From IMG/VR virus record IMGVR_UViG_3300044591_002420, positions 32,001-96,000 of that record: a stretch of DNA of 64,000 nt; one strand, given 5' to 3'. Source of the stretch: a virus. Below are positions 18,008 to 29,050 of this stretch, piece by piece. Each line of letters opens with the position of its first letter. The first letter of the stretch is position 1. The position numbers were made by a program, and so were the translations under genes. The notes beneath the pieces are model-generated. The model was not told the origin of the DNA. It ran no database searches and was given only the letters and a program-made list of their open reading frames with translations.

Positions 18008-18453
18008 TTATGCAAGAACATTTCCAATTTGTTAAACATTATCAACGTTCAACTTTTGATAATATCAAAAAATATCTAAAAGAAGGTAATTATGTTGCCG
18101 CCATTAATTGTTGGCAACATTCATATTATCCTATTTCGGTAGAAAAATTTCTTGCTTGTAATGAAACTGAAACTAATCGTGAACTTTTGGATAGTATTAA
18201 AGATATTCTTTCTTCAGTTGAACATTCTGTAAATAAAATTGAAGAGCATCTTAGAGAAGAAAGTTCACTATGGCAAGAAATGATGGAAGCGGGAGCACAT
18301 CATAGTCATCCTCGCCATCAAATGGCCGACAAAATTTTATGTGTTAGAAATTGGATTGACAATCATTTCTCTGCTAGAAAAATTGATTCTGGTGCGGTAT
18401 TTGCTGCACTTACTAATCAAGCAAATAAATGTCGCAACTTTAAGCGTGATTAA
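18004..18453 (+). CDS. Hypothetical protein
   Basis: 149-aa ORF translationally coupled to the upstream gene. Confidence 0.65.
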   Translation: MIMQEHFQFVKHYQRSTFDNIKKYLKEGNYVAAINCWQHSYYPISVEKFLACNETETNRELLDSIKDILSSVEHSVNKIEEHLREESSLWQEMMEAGAHHSHPRHQMADKILCVRNWIDNHFSARKIDSGAVFAALTNQANKCRNFKRD

Positions 18454-18784
18454 TAAATGTTAAAAATCTTAGAATCCCAAGTTAAAATCGCCACAGAAGA
18501 AGCGATCAAAGAACTTACTAAACCTTTATGGGCCGAATTAAATCTATTATGACCAAGGAAGAACTTCTCCAATTTGTTAATCAGTATCAACGTTATTTTA
18601 ATGTTGATGATCTCCAAGATTTAGAACCATTGGAAATCTTGAAAAAATTTACTCATAGATGTTATGAGTATGGACATGAGAAAGGAGATAGAAGGGGCTA
18701 TAGAGAAGGTTTTGACGCAGGATACAAAGAATTAGAGTCTAGAGTATTAGATCTTTTTAATCATTAAACCATCTTTCTAACATC

Positions 18785-19132
18785 ATGACCCGACAAATTA
18801 AGGATTATTGGGTTAGTATTGAAGAAGCAAATAATCCAAACACACCACCAAAAGCCCTAGAACAACTAGCGACCGATGAGCATTATAGTGTTCGTTTGTG
18901 GGTAGCACGAAACCCAAACACGTCATTAGAAACTCTAGAAATTCTAGCGACCGATGAGAATTCTGGTGTTCGTTTGTGGGTAGCACATAATCCAAATACA
19001 CCACCAAAAATATTAGAACAACTAGCGACCGATGAGGCTTCTTATGTTCGTAGTGGTGTAGCAGATAATCCAAACACACCTCGCTACATCAAAAAGTATC
19101 TCAAAATTCAAGCACAACTGGCGACATTATGA
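18785..19132 (+). CDS. LRV-repeat protein
   Basis: Three repeats plus cap. Confidence 0.9.
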   Translation: MTRQIKDYWVSIEEANNPNTPPKALEQLATDEHYSVRLWVARNPNTSLETLEILATDENSGVRLWVAHNPNTPPKILEQLATDEASYVRSGVADNPNTPRYIKKYLKIQAQLATL

Positions 19133-19388
19133 ACAAACTTGAACAAGCTAAAGATCCATCCACACCAACAATCTTAGAACTTCTAGCGACCGATGAGAAA
19201 TATTGTGTTCGTTGGAGATAGAACAAAGACAAAAAGCTAAATTGCTCAAACAACAACGAAAAGAATATCACAAACTAAAAAATATTTTAAGCGATTCAAC
19301 ATTTAACGATAAGACTCCGACTCATGTAATAGAAAAGTATCACAATCGTCTTAATGTTCTTAAAGATATTCTCGTTGACGCTTTATGA
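19129..19388 (+). pseudogene. Frameshifted LRV / ValRS-arm-like fusion
   Basis: ORF 19129-19221 (one LRV unit) stops at AGA TAG; one extra G would continue into EQRQK...ILSDSTFNDKTPTHVIEK. Confidence 0.5.
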
Positions 19389-19812
19389 ACTGTCACACAG
19401 AAGAGCATTAAAACAGTTCAGATATGCAAGAATGATCAAGTTGGATGAAACATCGCTTATGGGCTGGCTTATTAAAGAGCTTAGAGATGATTTATTTTAT
19501 TATCTCGCCAAAACAAAATATACTCCACCAAAAGTCTTAAAACTTTTAGCATCCGATGATGATTGCTATATTCGTTATCGGGTAGCACTAAACCGAAACA
19601 CTCCACCAAAAGCACTAGAACAACTAGCGACCGATGAAGAATGGGATGTTCGTTGTAGTGTAGCAAGAAATCCAAACACCCCACCAAAAGCACTAGAACA
19701 ACTAGCGACCGATGAGAGTTATTTTGTTCGTTATCGGGTAACAAGAAATCCAAACACACCACAATACATCAAGAAATATATTAAAATTCAAGAACAGCTT
19801 ATCAAATTATGA
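19354..19812 (+). CDS. LRV-repeat protein (true start probably ~19432-19459)
   Basis: Three repeats plus cap; the promoter motif lies inside the ORF-track 5' extension. Confidence 0.85.
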   Translation: MFLKIFSLTLYELSHRRALKQFRYARMIKLDETSLMGWLIKELRDDLFYYLAKTKYTPPKVLKLLASDDDCYIRYRVALNRNTPPKALEQLATDEEWDVRCSVARNPNTPPKALEQLATDESYFVRYRVTRNPNTPQYIKKYIKIQEQLIKL

Positions 19813-21248
19813 GTAACAATCAACAATATCTCAATTTAATAAATTAATTATGGACAAACGTACAACATCAATGATCGTAATGACCACAGGATCGTTACTC
19901 ACTATTATTGGATTATTGCCCAATGGACTCGTGTTTCTTTGGGTGGGGGGATTTATGTTTGGAACTGGTATTACTAAATGGAGTAATCATGAAGAAAATT
20001 AGTAGAATTACGATCCATGAAGAGCAAATAATTGATTTGGATGGTGATATTGATTCGGCTATATCCCAACTACAATCATACAAAGAAAAAGGTTGGGATA
20101 GAGTACGCTGCACCACAATATCTTATCAATATGATGCTGGTAAATACCCTGTAATATTAGTCTATAGAAATAGAATGGAAACAGATGAAGAATATGAGAA
20201 GAGAATAGCGAAAGAAAAACAATTAAAAATCAAACAACAAGAATTAGATCTTAAAGAATACAGCAGACTCAAAAAGTTATTTGAAAACCAATGAATGCAA
20301 AAGTCTATAAAATCATCCTACAAGTTATTGATTTTGGGGATTATCAATCAGATGAAGAAATTCGTTATAGAATAGAAGACATGAAAGATCTTTATCCCAC
20401 TGTAATCACCATGGAATCAAGAGATCTTGGTGAGTGGTATGATGATCACCCATTAAACAAAAAAGAAACTTATTTAGCGGAATTTGAGAGGATATTTAAT
20501 GAGCAAGCTTAATTTGACTGAATTATCTTATGAAGAACTATTGAATATACAAAAAGACATTGAAAAAGAGATGTCTAATAGATCAGAATTTATGAGAGTA
20601 TATAAGATTAGTTTTTATGTTGGCTTCAGCCCAACTAAACATCAACATGATGACTTGTTAACGGAAGATGATTTTGGTGATTATATTCATGATATGTTTG
20701 CTGGTGTGGTAGCTATGAGAATTATGGATGATTTTGGCCTTATTGATCCCGAAGATGTATCTGGTTATAATGTAATAGAACTGAAACCAGATCAGTTTCC
20801 AGATATGTTTAAAACAACTTAAGAAGAGAATAATTATGAAAGAATGGCGACAATCACAACTTCCAGATTAGATTCAGATGGAAAAGTGGTACAGTTGGGA
20901 AAGAAAGTATTTCGGAGATTAGGAAAATAAGTGGACACATCAAAAACTGTCACACTGGGATCTGATCACTCCTCACGATACACTATGATGTACCAGTAAA
21001 TGAGAATCTTATGGACTGTGAAACCTTTCTTCAAAAACTTGTTGAACGTGGAGATATTTTGAGATATAAGCGAAAAGAAATAACAGAGACTGATCGTTGG
21101 GGTAAAAGGAAAAAAGATGTTAGACATTTATTGCCAACACCCGATAGCGAAGAGTGTACACTGGTTTTCCCCTCGGGTTCATCTCTAATTATCAAATCTC
21201 ATTCTTTATATGATTCTCATCTTGTTTTTGAATTAACCGAATAATAAC

Positions 21249-21650
21249 ATGGACATTCTCAAAAAACTCGTTGATAATGGCGATATTGTTTCGTATAAAA
21301 ACTTATATGAAAATGTAGAAGACGATTATGACGAATGGAAAGAAGAATATTTTATATTAACTTTTAAATCAGGAATTTCTCTTCGTGTTAAGTCTGGAGC
21401 AGTAGACGAAGAAAATTGCATTAGAAACCTTGACATTTATGAGATGGATGAACTAGAAAAAACGATTCATGATTACGATTCTTCTTTTCCTTATGTGGAG
21501 TTAGCAATGTATCTTCACAATAATAAAGAAAAATGTCGCAGACATCATGATCTCACTCGTCTGATTTATGGTTTTATCTGCGATTACAGTACCAATCCTT
21601 TGAGTGATTCTTGGAATCTCGCTGATCGTATTCTTTATTTGGATCTATGA
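21249..21650 (+). CDS. Hypothetical protein; N-terminus similar to 21011-21244
   Basis: L.KLV..GDI..YK and F.SG.SL..KS shared. Confidence 0.65.
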   Translation: MDILKKLVDNGDIVSYKNLYENVEDDYDEWKEEYFILTFKSGISLRVKSGAVDEENCIRNLDIYEMDELEKTIHDYDSSFPYVELAMYLHNNKEKCRRHHDLTRLIYGFICDYSTNPLSDSWNLADRILYLDL

Positions 21651-22180
21651 AAGTTCAAGTTTTTCATTATCAGATTCTTCAAGAAGCTCCACTTTCAGAT
21701 TTAGTCAATTTCAAGGAACATCGTCGTCTAAGAGTCTTTTATCATAAAGGAGCAAAGTGTGTAACTTGTGATAAATTGGGAACTAGATTAATTCTCGGTA
21801 AAGATGGTGGTGGAACTACACATTGGGATCTTTATACTGAAGATTTATATCCCTTAACTGTAGATCACATTGTTCCGAAATCTCTTGGTGGATCTTCTGA
21901 AATTGATAATCTTCAGCCTATGTGTTCTGGATGTAATACAATCAAAGGAAATGGTTGCGAACAACAAAAACACATTAAACCTCCTCTAGTAAAAGTATCT
22001 AACTCAGGATTATCAGAAAGTGATCTGATTGGTAGAAGAGTGTGGAAGAAAAGAAGTAATAATCCTATCGGGACAGTATCATCAATCACGATTAATCCAC
22101 ATACTAAATTATCATCAGCTCTAGTGGATGGTAATCAGCATTCGTTTTATGATCTACACACATTATATCTTGAACAATGA
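21647..22180 (+). CDS. HNH endonuclease domain protein
   Basis: CVTC, TVDHIVPKSLGG, NLQPMCSGCN..KG. Confidence 0.85.
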   Translation: MKVQVFHYQILQEAPLSDLVNFKEHRRLRVFYHKGAKCVTCDKLGTRLILGKDGGGTTHWDLYTEDLYPLTVDHIVPKSLGGSSEIDNLQPMCSGCNTIKGNGCEQQKHIKPPLVKVSNSGLSESDLIGRRVWKKRSNNPIGTVSSITINPHTKLSSALVDGNQHSFYDLHTLYLEQ

Positions 22181-22668
22181 AAACGTTCCTGGGATTTAAT
22201 GATCTTCCACTAGAAGATTTTATCAAAAAACAACCACCGGATCCGATGCAACAATACATTAAGATCTTAATGTTGGAGCATCTTTCTAAAAATTATAATG
22301 TAAAACTACCCATCTTTACATCATCAGAACTTTTAGAATTTTGGCCACAACACGAGGCACTACACTTTCTTACTGGTTTAGATAACTCACCTTATTCCGA
22401 AAGAAAGATTGTCTGGTATGAAAGCATCTATAATGTTGGATTCAAAGAGCGCAGTGGATATATAACCTATTTGGTGGAAGATAACCCAACAGTTAAAATT
22501 GATAGAGAAAATCTATTAGAAATAGCCGACGTTATTAGAGAATACCATCTGAATAATTTTCAAAACCATGATTCTGGTGAATATCGTATATCAATACCAG
22601 GTCAATTCGTTAAGGATCTTCTGAGCCAATCATAAAACTGTCCACTCTTCCACACAAATCCCCATAAG

Positions 22669-23130
22669 ATGTGCTATTCTACTAAAGTCTCCAATCAAAA
22701 ACCAATGAATTACACTTTCGCAAATGCAGCCGAGGTTATTGCCGTTTATGGTGAACCTGTTCTTGCAAAACGCAAGACACTTGTAAACATTCGTACACCA
22801 AAAGGAACCGAAGTGTTTGCACGAGATTATGGTGATCTCACTGCGGTAGAAGGAATTGATTATGTTATGGTACCTCTTGATGGTAGTGACTCTTATCCTT
22901 GTAAGATTGACATCTTTTATAAATCATGGAGTGAAACTGAAACCTCTGGTGTTTATGAACGAAAAGCTCTCTCACGACTTGTTCAAGTACCAGTTGGTGA
23001 TATTGTTACGTTGAAAACTCTTGAAGGTGATATCACTGTTGAACATCCTACTTATATTGTTCTTGGTGTGGATGACGAAGTTTACAGTAACACAGAAGAG
23101 TTTACCAACAAAAATCTTATTTTCATTTGA
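22669..23130 (+). CDS. Hypothetical protein with internal two-fold repeat (PGDYG-like)
   Basis: GDLTAVEGIDYV..YPCKIDIF and TLEGDI..YIV.GV..EVY. Confidence 0.5.
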   Translation: MCYSTKVSNQKPMNYTFANAAEVIAVYGEPVLAKRKTLVNIRTPKGTEVFARDYGDLTAVEGIDYVMVPLDGSDSYPCKIDIFYKSWSETETSGVYERKALSRLVQVPVGDIVTLKTLEGDITVEHPTYIVLGVDDEVYSNTEEFTNKNLIFI

Positions 23131-23200
23131 AGAACTGTATTATCAACACTGCCTCAACAAAAAGAAAAATTATCCTCAAGAATCACGTTAAAGTTTAATT

Positions 23201-23532
23201 ATGGAATTTACACTAACAGAAAATCACCTAAAGCTTCTACAAAAAATGTGGGTGGGTTGGTCAACGTGTGAGTTTGGAGCACCCGAAATTGATCCAAAAC
23301 GACCTTATGGTAACAGTGATGTTATCGGAGATATTCATGAAATTTTAACAGACACTTATTCTTCTCGGGAATACATTTCAGAAGAAATGGAAAAAAATAT
23401 AATAAACTACATAAGGAAACTGAAACCGCACTTCAAATTGCTCTAAGCACACAATCCTTCGTGTCTGGACGATATAGAAAAATTGACCCTTACGGTAAAG
23501 ATTGGGAACTTATTGAAGATTGTGTAAACTAA
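23201..23532 (+). CDS. Phage protein apparently split by a frameshift in an A7 run
   Basis: IDPKRPYGNSDV; -1 shift at 23391-23397 continues KYNKLHKETETALQIAL...DCVN*. Confidence 0.55.
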
Positions 23533-23544
23533 ATAACATTTCAA

Positions 23545-23616
23545 CTGGATGTAAGTCAGTGGTAGACGGCACCGTTTGGGGCGGTGAAGACGTTGGTTCA
23601 AATCCAACCATCCAGA
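23545..23616 (+). tRNA. tRNA-Pro(UGG)
   Basis: Acceptor CTGGATG/CATCCAG-A, anticodon arm CACCG-TTTGGGG-CGGTG, T loop TTCAAAT. Confidence 0.92.
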
Positions 23617-23637
23617 CTAACAATGAACTTCTTAATT

Positions 23638-24687
23638 ATGAAAAAATACGATGCCGTCGTCTTTATCGGACGATTTCAACCTTTCCATAATGCTCATTTG
23701 GAGATTGTAAAAACCGCCTATGAGTACACCGATGATGTTATTCTCATTAGAGGATCACAATTCAAGCCAGTAACATACAAGAATCCTTTTCAATCGGACG
23801 ATTTTCAATACGAATCTTCCTATTTTAAAGATGCGATTGTAGATTCTGTTAAAGACATTATTGATCAAATCAGTCAGAATCAAGAAGAACAACGAAAGAG
23901 TTTTAGTATTATTCCAGTAAGAGATAATCCAGATGATAATGTTTGGGCACAGAATGTCTCACGAAAAGTAGACGAAGCAACGATTTATTCTAAAAATGTT
24001 GCTCTCATCGGATGTAAGAAAGATGATACTTCTTTTTATCTTGATATGTTTCCTCAATGGGAATTTATTGAGCTTCCACTTAAACATAATTTAAGCGCAA
24101 CACAGATTAGAGAACTCTACTTCGTAGAAAATCCCAATCTTGATTTTTTGAAAGCTGTTGTTCCGAAACCAGTTTTCAATTTTCTTGATAACATGAAGAA
24201 TAGTTCTTGGCATCAACATGTAGTTAATGAGCGTAGATGCGAAGAAAAATATAAACAAGTATATGTGAATTTACCATTTCCGCCCACGTTTATTACCGTT
24301 GATCCTGTTGTCTTTTGTTCGGGTCATGTTCTTATGATTCGGCGAGGTGCCTATCCCGGTAAAGGATTACTCGCTCTTCCGGGGGGATTTCTGGATGCAA
24401 ATACCGATCCGAGTCTAGAATATGCGATGTTCCGAGAGCTGAAAGAAGAAACAGGACTCTCTCCTGAAAATTTTGTTATCAAATCAACTCGCTACTTTGA
24501 TTCTCCTAAACGTAGCACCAGAGGTCGCACAGTAACACACGCATTCAATATTGTTCTATCTGATAAAATTCCACCTGAAGTTCAAGGTGCATCAGATGCA
24601 ACAGAAGCACTATGGATTCCTTTAGATCAGTTAAAAACACAAAAATGTTTTGAAGACCACTACTACATTATTCAATCTTTTCTTTGA
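23638..24687 (+). CDS. nadM: Bifunctional NMN adenylyltransferase / ADP-ribose pyrophosphatase (NadM-Nudix)
   Basis: FIGRFQPFHNAH, SATQIR, Nudix box GG......REL.EETGL, FEDHY.II. Confidence 0.92.
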   Translation: MKKYDAVVFIGRFQPFHNAHLEIVKTAYEYTDDVILIRGSQFKPVTYKNPFQSDDFQYESSYFKDAIVDSVKDIIDQISQNQEEQRKSFSIIPVRDNPDDNVWAQNVSRKVDEATIYSKNVALIGCKKDDTSFYLDMFPQWEFIELPLKHNLSATQIRELYFVENPNLDFLKAVVPKPVFNFLDNMKNSSWHQHVVNERRCEEKYKQVYVNLPFPPTFITVDPVVFCSGHVLMIRRGAYPGKGLLALPGGFLDANTDPSLEYAMFRELKEETGLSPENFVIKSTRYFDSPKRSTRGRTVTHAFNIVLSDKIPPEVQGASDATEALWIPLDQLKTQKCFEDHYYIIQSFL

Positions 24688-24688
24688 T

Positions 24689-25204
24689 ATGAAAAATCTA
24701 GACTACAATCTAATTCAAAAATACAACAACTTCCATTTCTTCTATAATGGATATCTGTCTAATTGGGCTGATACGCCTTTTGTAGATCTTTCTGATGGTA
24801 ATTCTTATAATTGTTCCGAGCAATATATGATGTACCATAAGGCTCTTACCTTTGGTGATCATGAAACATCCATTAAAATTATGGAAGCTAGACATCCCGG
24901 AGATCAAAAAGCTCTCGGTAGAAAAGTTAAAAACTTCAATCCCGATCAATGGAATAAAGTAGCTAAAAATATTGTTTATCGTGGATGCTTCTACAAGTTT
25001 ACTCAAAATGTGGAAGTTTATCAACAACTACTGTCCACCGATGGTTCACTTTTAGTTGAGGCTTCACCAACTGATATTGTTTGGGGAATTGGATTGGGTG
25101 GATATGATGATTTACGACATGATCCACAAAATTGGAGAGGATCTAATTGGTTGGGAGAAGTTCTTACTAAGCTACGTGAAAATCTTATGTTGAATCCGTA
25201 CTAA
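24689..25204 (+). CDS. NADAR family protein (YbiA-like)
   Basis: LSNW, EQYMM.HKA..FGD, KALGR.V, KFTQN, VEASP.D.VWGIG, G.N.LG..L..LR. Confidence 0.92.
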   Translation: MKNLDYNLIQKYNNFHFFYNGYLSNWADTPFVDLSDGNSYNCSEQYMMYHKALTFGDHETSIKIMEARHPGDQKALGRKVKNFNPDQWNKVAKNIVYRGCFYKFTQNVEVYQQLLSTDGSLLVEASPTDIVWGIGLGGYDDLRHDPQNWRGSNWLGEVLTKLRENLMLNPY

Positions 25205-25211
25205 ATTTATT

Positions 25212-25709
25212 ATGATTACTTTACGACCTATTACTATCAATTTCCATCATACCGAATCTTTTACTATTGAAGAGTATCTTGAATATTGTGAAGATCAGGA
25301 TATAACCCCAACACAAAAACACTATACCAGTTGGGCTATTGAAAATATGGAATCGGGTCTATGTGATGGTATTGATACCGATAAGTTTGTGATAACAACA
25401 GATCTTCCAAGAGAAGTTGATTTTGAAATAAATGAGACAGTGGAAACCGAAGAATTAAAACCATTATGTTGTGAAGAATGTGTTAGTGATTTAACGGAGG
25501 ATGAAATCAAGAACTTTCATAATCTATTACATCCAGATAGTCTTATTGTGGATAAGACAGAAAATAATATAATCATTTTGCAAAATTCGGATAATGACAT
25601 CTTAAAATATGGAGTTATTGTTGACGATCAAGGACACATTTTAATCATCAAAAAGAGTGTTGATAGTTTTTGTCTCCTGATGCTCCTAAAAGAATTATTG
25701 GTAAATTAA
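25212..25709 (+). CDS. Hypothetical acidic protein
   Basis: 165-aa ORF. Confidence 0.65.
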   Translation: MITLRPITINFHHTESFTIEEYLEYCEDQDITPTQKHYTSWAIENMESGLCDGIDTDKFVITTDLPREVDFEINETVETEELKPLCCEECVSDLTEDEIKNFHNLLHPDSLIVDKTENNIIILQNSDNDILKYGVIVDDQGHILIIKKSVDSFCLLMLLKELLVN

Positions 25710-25723
25710 AATAGGTTCAATAA

Positions 25724-26605
25724 ATGCAAATTAAAAAACCAATGCTCGCTGGAAATTATGATCCAGCGAAAGCTTTATTTCCTTATATCGCTACTCCAAA
25801 GATTGATGGTATTCGTTTTGTGATGGTGAACGGTGTTGCACTTTCACGTTCATTTAAACCTCTTCGCAATAAGTACATTCAATCTCTTCTTTCTTTGGCT
25901 CTTCCCGATGGAATGGATGGAGAACTAACATCGGGAGATACCTTTCAATCGTCAACTTCAGCTATTATGAAGATTGAAGGACAGCCAGAGTTTACTGTCT
26001 GGCTTTTTGATTATGTTGATTCTTCTTTAGATAAAATTCTTTCTTATTCTGCGAGAATGAAGCAACTCTCTCAGTTTAATCTAGAACAAGAATATCCTTT
26101 CACTCTTCATAAGCTTCTCGGTAAACCAGTTCTTTCACAAGAAGAGCTTGAAATCTTAGACGATTACCATCTTGATTCTGGTTTTGAAGGTACGATGTTA
26201 CGATCACCGTCAGGAACTTATAAATTTGGTCGTTCTACGGTAAGAGATAACATTCTTTTAAAAGTCAAACGATTCACTGATGACGAAGGTTTGCTTATTG
26301 ATGTTCACGAAAAAATGAGCAATCAAAATGATGCTGAAATTGATGAATTAGGACACACTAAACGTTCATCGGCCTTAGATGGAATGATTCCGATGAATAC
26401 TGCCGGAAGTCTAGTCGTTTCTGGATCTTATGGTGAAGTCAAGGTTGGTAGTGGACTTGATGATAAAATGAGAGAATATATCTGGAAAAACAGAGATTCT
26501 CTTATCGGTAAGAGTTATGTGAAATACAAGTTCTTTCCGCAAGGTGTTAAAGATCTACCTAGACATCCAGTTTTTATTGGATTTCGGGATTCGGATGATA
26601 TGTGA
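25724..26605 (+). CDS. lig: ATP-dependent DNA ligase (minimal type)
   Basis: KIDGIR, DGEL, FD, EG.MLR, LLKVK, VGSG, RHPVF. Confidence 0.93.
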   Translation: MQIKKPMLAGNYDPAKALFPYIATPKIDGIRFVMVNGVALSRSFKPLRNKYIQSLLSLALPDGMDGELTSGDTFQSSTSAIMKIEGQPEFTVWLFDYVDSSLDKILSYSARMKQLSQFNLEQEYPFTLHKLLGKPVLSQEELEILDDYHLDSGFEGTMLRSPSGTYKFGRSTVRDNILLKVKRFTDDEGLLIDVHEKMSNQNDAEIDELGHTKRSSALDGMIPMNTAGSLVVSGSYGEVKVGSGLDDKMREYIWKNRDSLIGKSYVKYKFFPQGVKDLPRHPVFIGFRDSDDM

Positions 26606-26682
26606 CGGTACTAAAACTGTCTACTGACTCAACTTTGATCCTTCTGTTCATGCTATCGTATTGAAAATTATGGAGAACTGCC

Positions 26683-27270
26683 ATGCTTATTGATGTTTAC
26701 AACCTGCCCGCAAATCTTAGAGCTGAAATCATTACACATATTATTGATCCTTGTGTTTTAGTAAATCTGGCGACCGATGAGGATCCTGAGGTTCGTTGGA
26801 GGGTAGCATGTAATCAAAACACACCACCAAAAGTTCTAGAACAACTAGCGACCGATAAGAATGATAATGTTCGTTATTGGGTAGCAGAAAATCCAAACAC
26901 ACCACCGGAAACACTAAAAATCCTATCGACCGATATGGATTGGGTTGTTCGTTGTAGAGTAGCAAAACAGCCAAATACTCCACCAGAAATCCTAGAAGTT
27001 CTAGCGAGCGATGTATGCTTTACTGTTCTTAAAGGAGTAGCGGAAAATCCAAAAACACCTTCAGCCGCTTTAGAAAAAATTATCAATAAAAATTTTAGTA
27101 CCTACATAGGGCTTATTGAATTTGATAAAAACGCACTGATCAAAACGGCTAAAGAACATCCAAACTATAAAAAATCGGTCAATCTTGATCTTTCACAATC
27201 ACAACTAACTGCTCTCAAAAATCTTATTGCTGCATCAAGCGATCCATATCTTCGGGAACTTTTTAACTGA
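26683..27270 (+). CDS. LRV-repeat protein (alternative-cap subfamily)
   Basis: Four repeats plus tail HPNY..LSQSQLTALKNLI. Confidence 0.88.
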   Translation: MLIDVYNLPANLRAEIITHIIDPCVLVNLATDEDPEVRWRVACNQNTPPKVLEQLATDKNDNVRYWVAENPNTPPETLKILSTDMDWVVRCRVAKQPNTPPEILEVLASDVCFTVLKGVAENPKTPSAALEKIINKNFSTYIGLIEFDKNALIKTAKEHPNYKKSVNLDLSQSQLTALKNLIAASSDPYLRELFN

Positions 27271-27278
27271 ACATCCCT

Positions 27279-27641
27279 ATGAAACCTTATCTGCACAGTA
27301 GAATTCACGTAAAAAAATATGGAGGACTTCCTTCTGACTATTCTGATATTGATGATTTTATTGATAGCAGTAAGGCAACCGTTCCCGATATGAGACATCG
27401 GGCGATATTACATTCTGCCTTTGGATGTTTTATTGTTGAACAAGTCTTCGGAAGAGAACGAAAAAATTCAGATGGAATCACATTTTCGCCACGAGATGTA
27501 GCCGAAGATCATATTATTCAAGATCTTGGGTTTATTCCTACAGTTGAAGCTTATCTAAAACACATGGAGCTTCAACCATGGATGAGTGGAACACATAAGT
27601 CCACACAAAAAACTACAAAATTTTTACCACTTGGAGATTAA
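27279..27641 (+). CDS. Conserved His-rich phage protein (DUF6915-like)
   Basis: PYLHS..KYGG, D.SK, RHRA.LHS.FG, AEDHI.QD.G. Confidence 0.6.
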   Translation: MKPYLHSRIHVKKYGGLPSDYSDIDDFIDSSKATVPDMRHRAILHSAFGCFIVEQVFGRERKNSDGITFSPRDVAEDHIIQDLGFIPTVEAYLKHMELQPWMSGTHKSTQKTTKFLPLGD

Positions 27642-27644
27642 ATC

Positions 27645-28109
27645 ATGTCTATTAAAGAACTATCACAACAATTTATTGGATCTTATGAGATTATTATTGA
27701 GGGAGTTAGACAACAAGGACGAGAAGCATTAAACAAAGTTTTTAGGATTTTTTGGGATAATAATCCCGAAGTCAATGTTATTGTCTGGAAACAATATGCT
27801 CCACATTTTAATGATGGTGATCCCTGTATTTTTTCTGTGCATGACCTAACTTTCTCTAATCTGACAGATCAAACAGAATATCCTCTTTTGGATTATGGGG
27901 AATATGAAGGAGAAGATGAAAATGTTTGGGCTGTAGGTTGTTTTTCTAAAAATAATAAGCACCTGAATATACAACAAGCAAGTGAATTAGAACATTTCTT
28001 ACATTCTAGTGCGATGACAAATGTAATGAAAACAATCTTTGGTGAAGAATCTCGGGTAGTTGCGACTCGTGAAGGATTCACCTCTGAATATTGCGAAGCA
28101 CCCTATTAA
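27645..28109 (+). CDS. Hypothetical phage protein
   Basis: W.QY.P.FNDGDPC.F motif. Confidence 0.7.
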   Translation: MSIKELSQQFIGSYEIIIEGVRQQGREALNKVFRIFWDNNPEVNVIVWKQYAPHFNDGDPCIFSVHDLTFSNLTDQTEYPLLDYGEYEGEDENVWAVGCFSKNNKHLNIQQASELEHFLHSSAMTNVMKTIFGEESRVVATREGFTSEYCEAPY

Positions 28110-28318
28110 ATCACAACTAGCTACTCTTAAAACCTTATTCAAGAACTTTTTAATGGAATTTCCTAACAACTTTAGAATTAAAGAGAAAGAAGGCTTTTTT
28201 ATTCCACAAGAAAAGTTTCTCTTCTTTTGGAATAATATTTTTGTTGACAAATTCACTTCTAGGATAGAAGCCACCAAAAAACTTAATCATTATATTGATC
28301 TCGTTTCACTTCGTAATC

Positions 28319-29050
28319 ATGAATAAGGCAACACTTCTTTCACAGAATTCAGCTATTAAAACCGAATCCATTACATCTTTTTACTCACTACCAGGAGTAG
28401 ATCCTGATGTTATTAAACTGCAAGTAGAGAAAAGAACAACATCTGTTGGTAATAATGAGCCAACAATAACTTATAATCATTCTCTTTGGATTGATGAGTC
28501 TACAAGAAAATTTTATGGTCGGCCGACTTTTGTGAAACCAGGATTCTTTGAAGTTGATAAAAAATATAGCATTTTTCGTGAGTATTATGACGATGGTAGT
28601 CATGTTCGCCCATTTGATGAATTTATTGTAAATCTAAATTCCACTGACATTGATCCTTCTTGGGAACTTATCTTTATTGATGTTAGTTCTCACCGTCTTT
28701 GGACACATGACTTTAAACCACTTCCTACATTAATCCGTATTAATTTTGCCGATAAAGATATTGAACTCAACGATTCATTTTTAAACTATCTACAAACTCA
28801 TCCTTGGATGGTTGAAATGGGAGAAGTTGAGTACCATCAATATTATGATGCTGAACCATATGATGATATTTGGGTTGATTTCTTACCCGATCCCGAATCA
28901 TATCAAAAGATTTTTGAAGAAGCATATCCTGAAGGTTATAATAAAAAATATGAAGACATTAAACCTTTTATCTATAGTAAAATTCTTTACGATAAGAACG
29001 CATCTGATTGGTTAGGTGTTAGACAGTTTCTTAATAATCCACCAAAATAA
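28319..29050 (+). CDS. Hypothetical protein
   Basis: Long ORF, ATG at 28319. Confidence 0.65.
   Translation: MNKATLLSQNSAIKTESITSFYSLPGVDPDVIKLQVEKRTTSVGNNEPTITYNHSLWIDESTRKFYGRPTFVKPGFFEVDKKYSIFREYYDDGSHVRPFDEFIVNLNSTDIDPSWELIFIDVSSHRLWTHDFKPLPTLIRINFADKDIELNDSFLNYLQTHPWMVEMGEVEYHQYYDAEPYDDIWVDFLPDPESYQKIFEEAYPEGYNKKYEDIKPFIYSKILYDKNASDWLGVRQFLNNPPK

Noticed and set aside
23584-23637. 5' extensions of ORF-track calls at 23584 and 6025
   Set aside because: They overlap tRNA genes; downstream ATGs match the domain starts.
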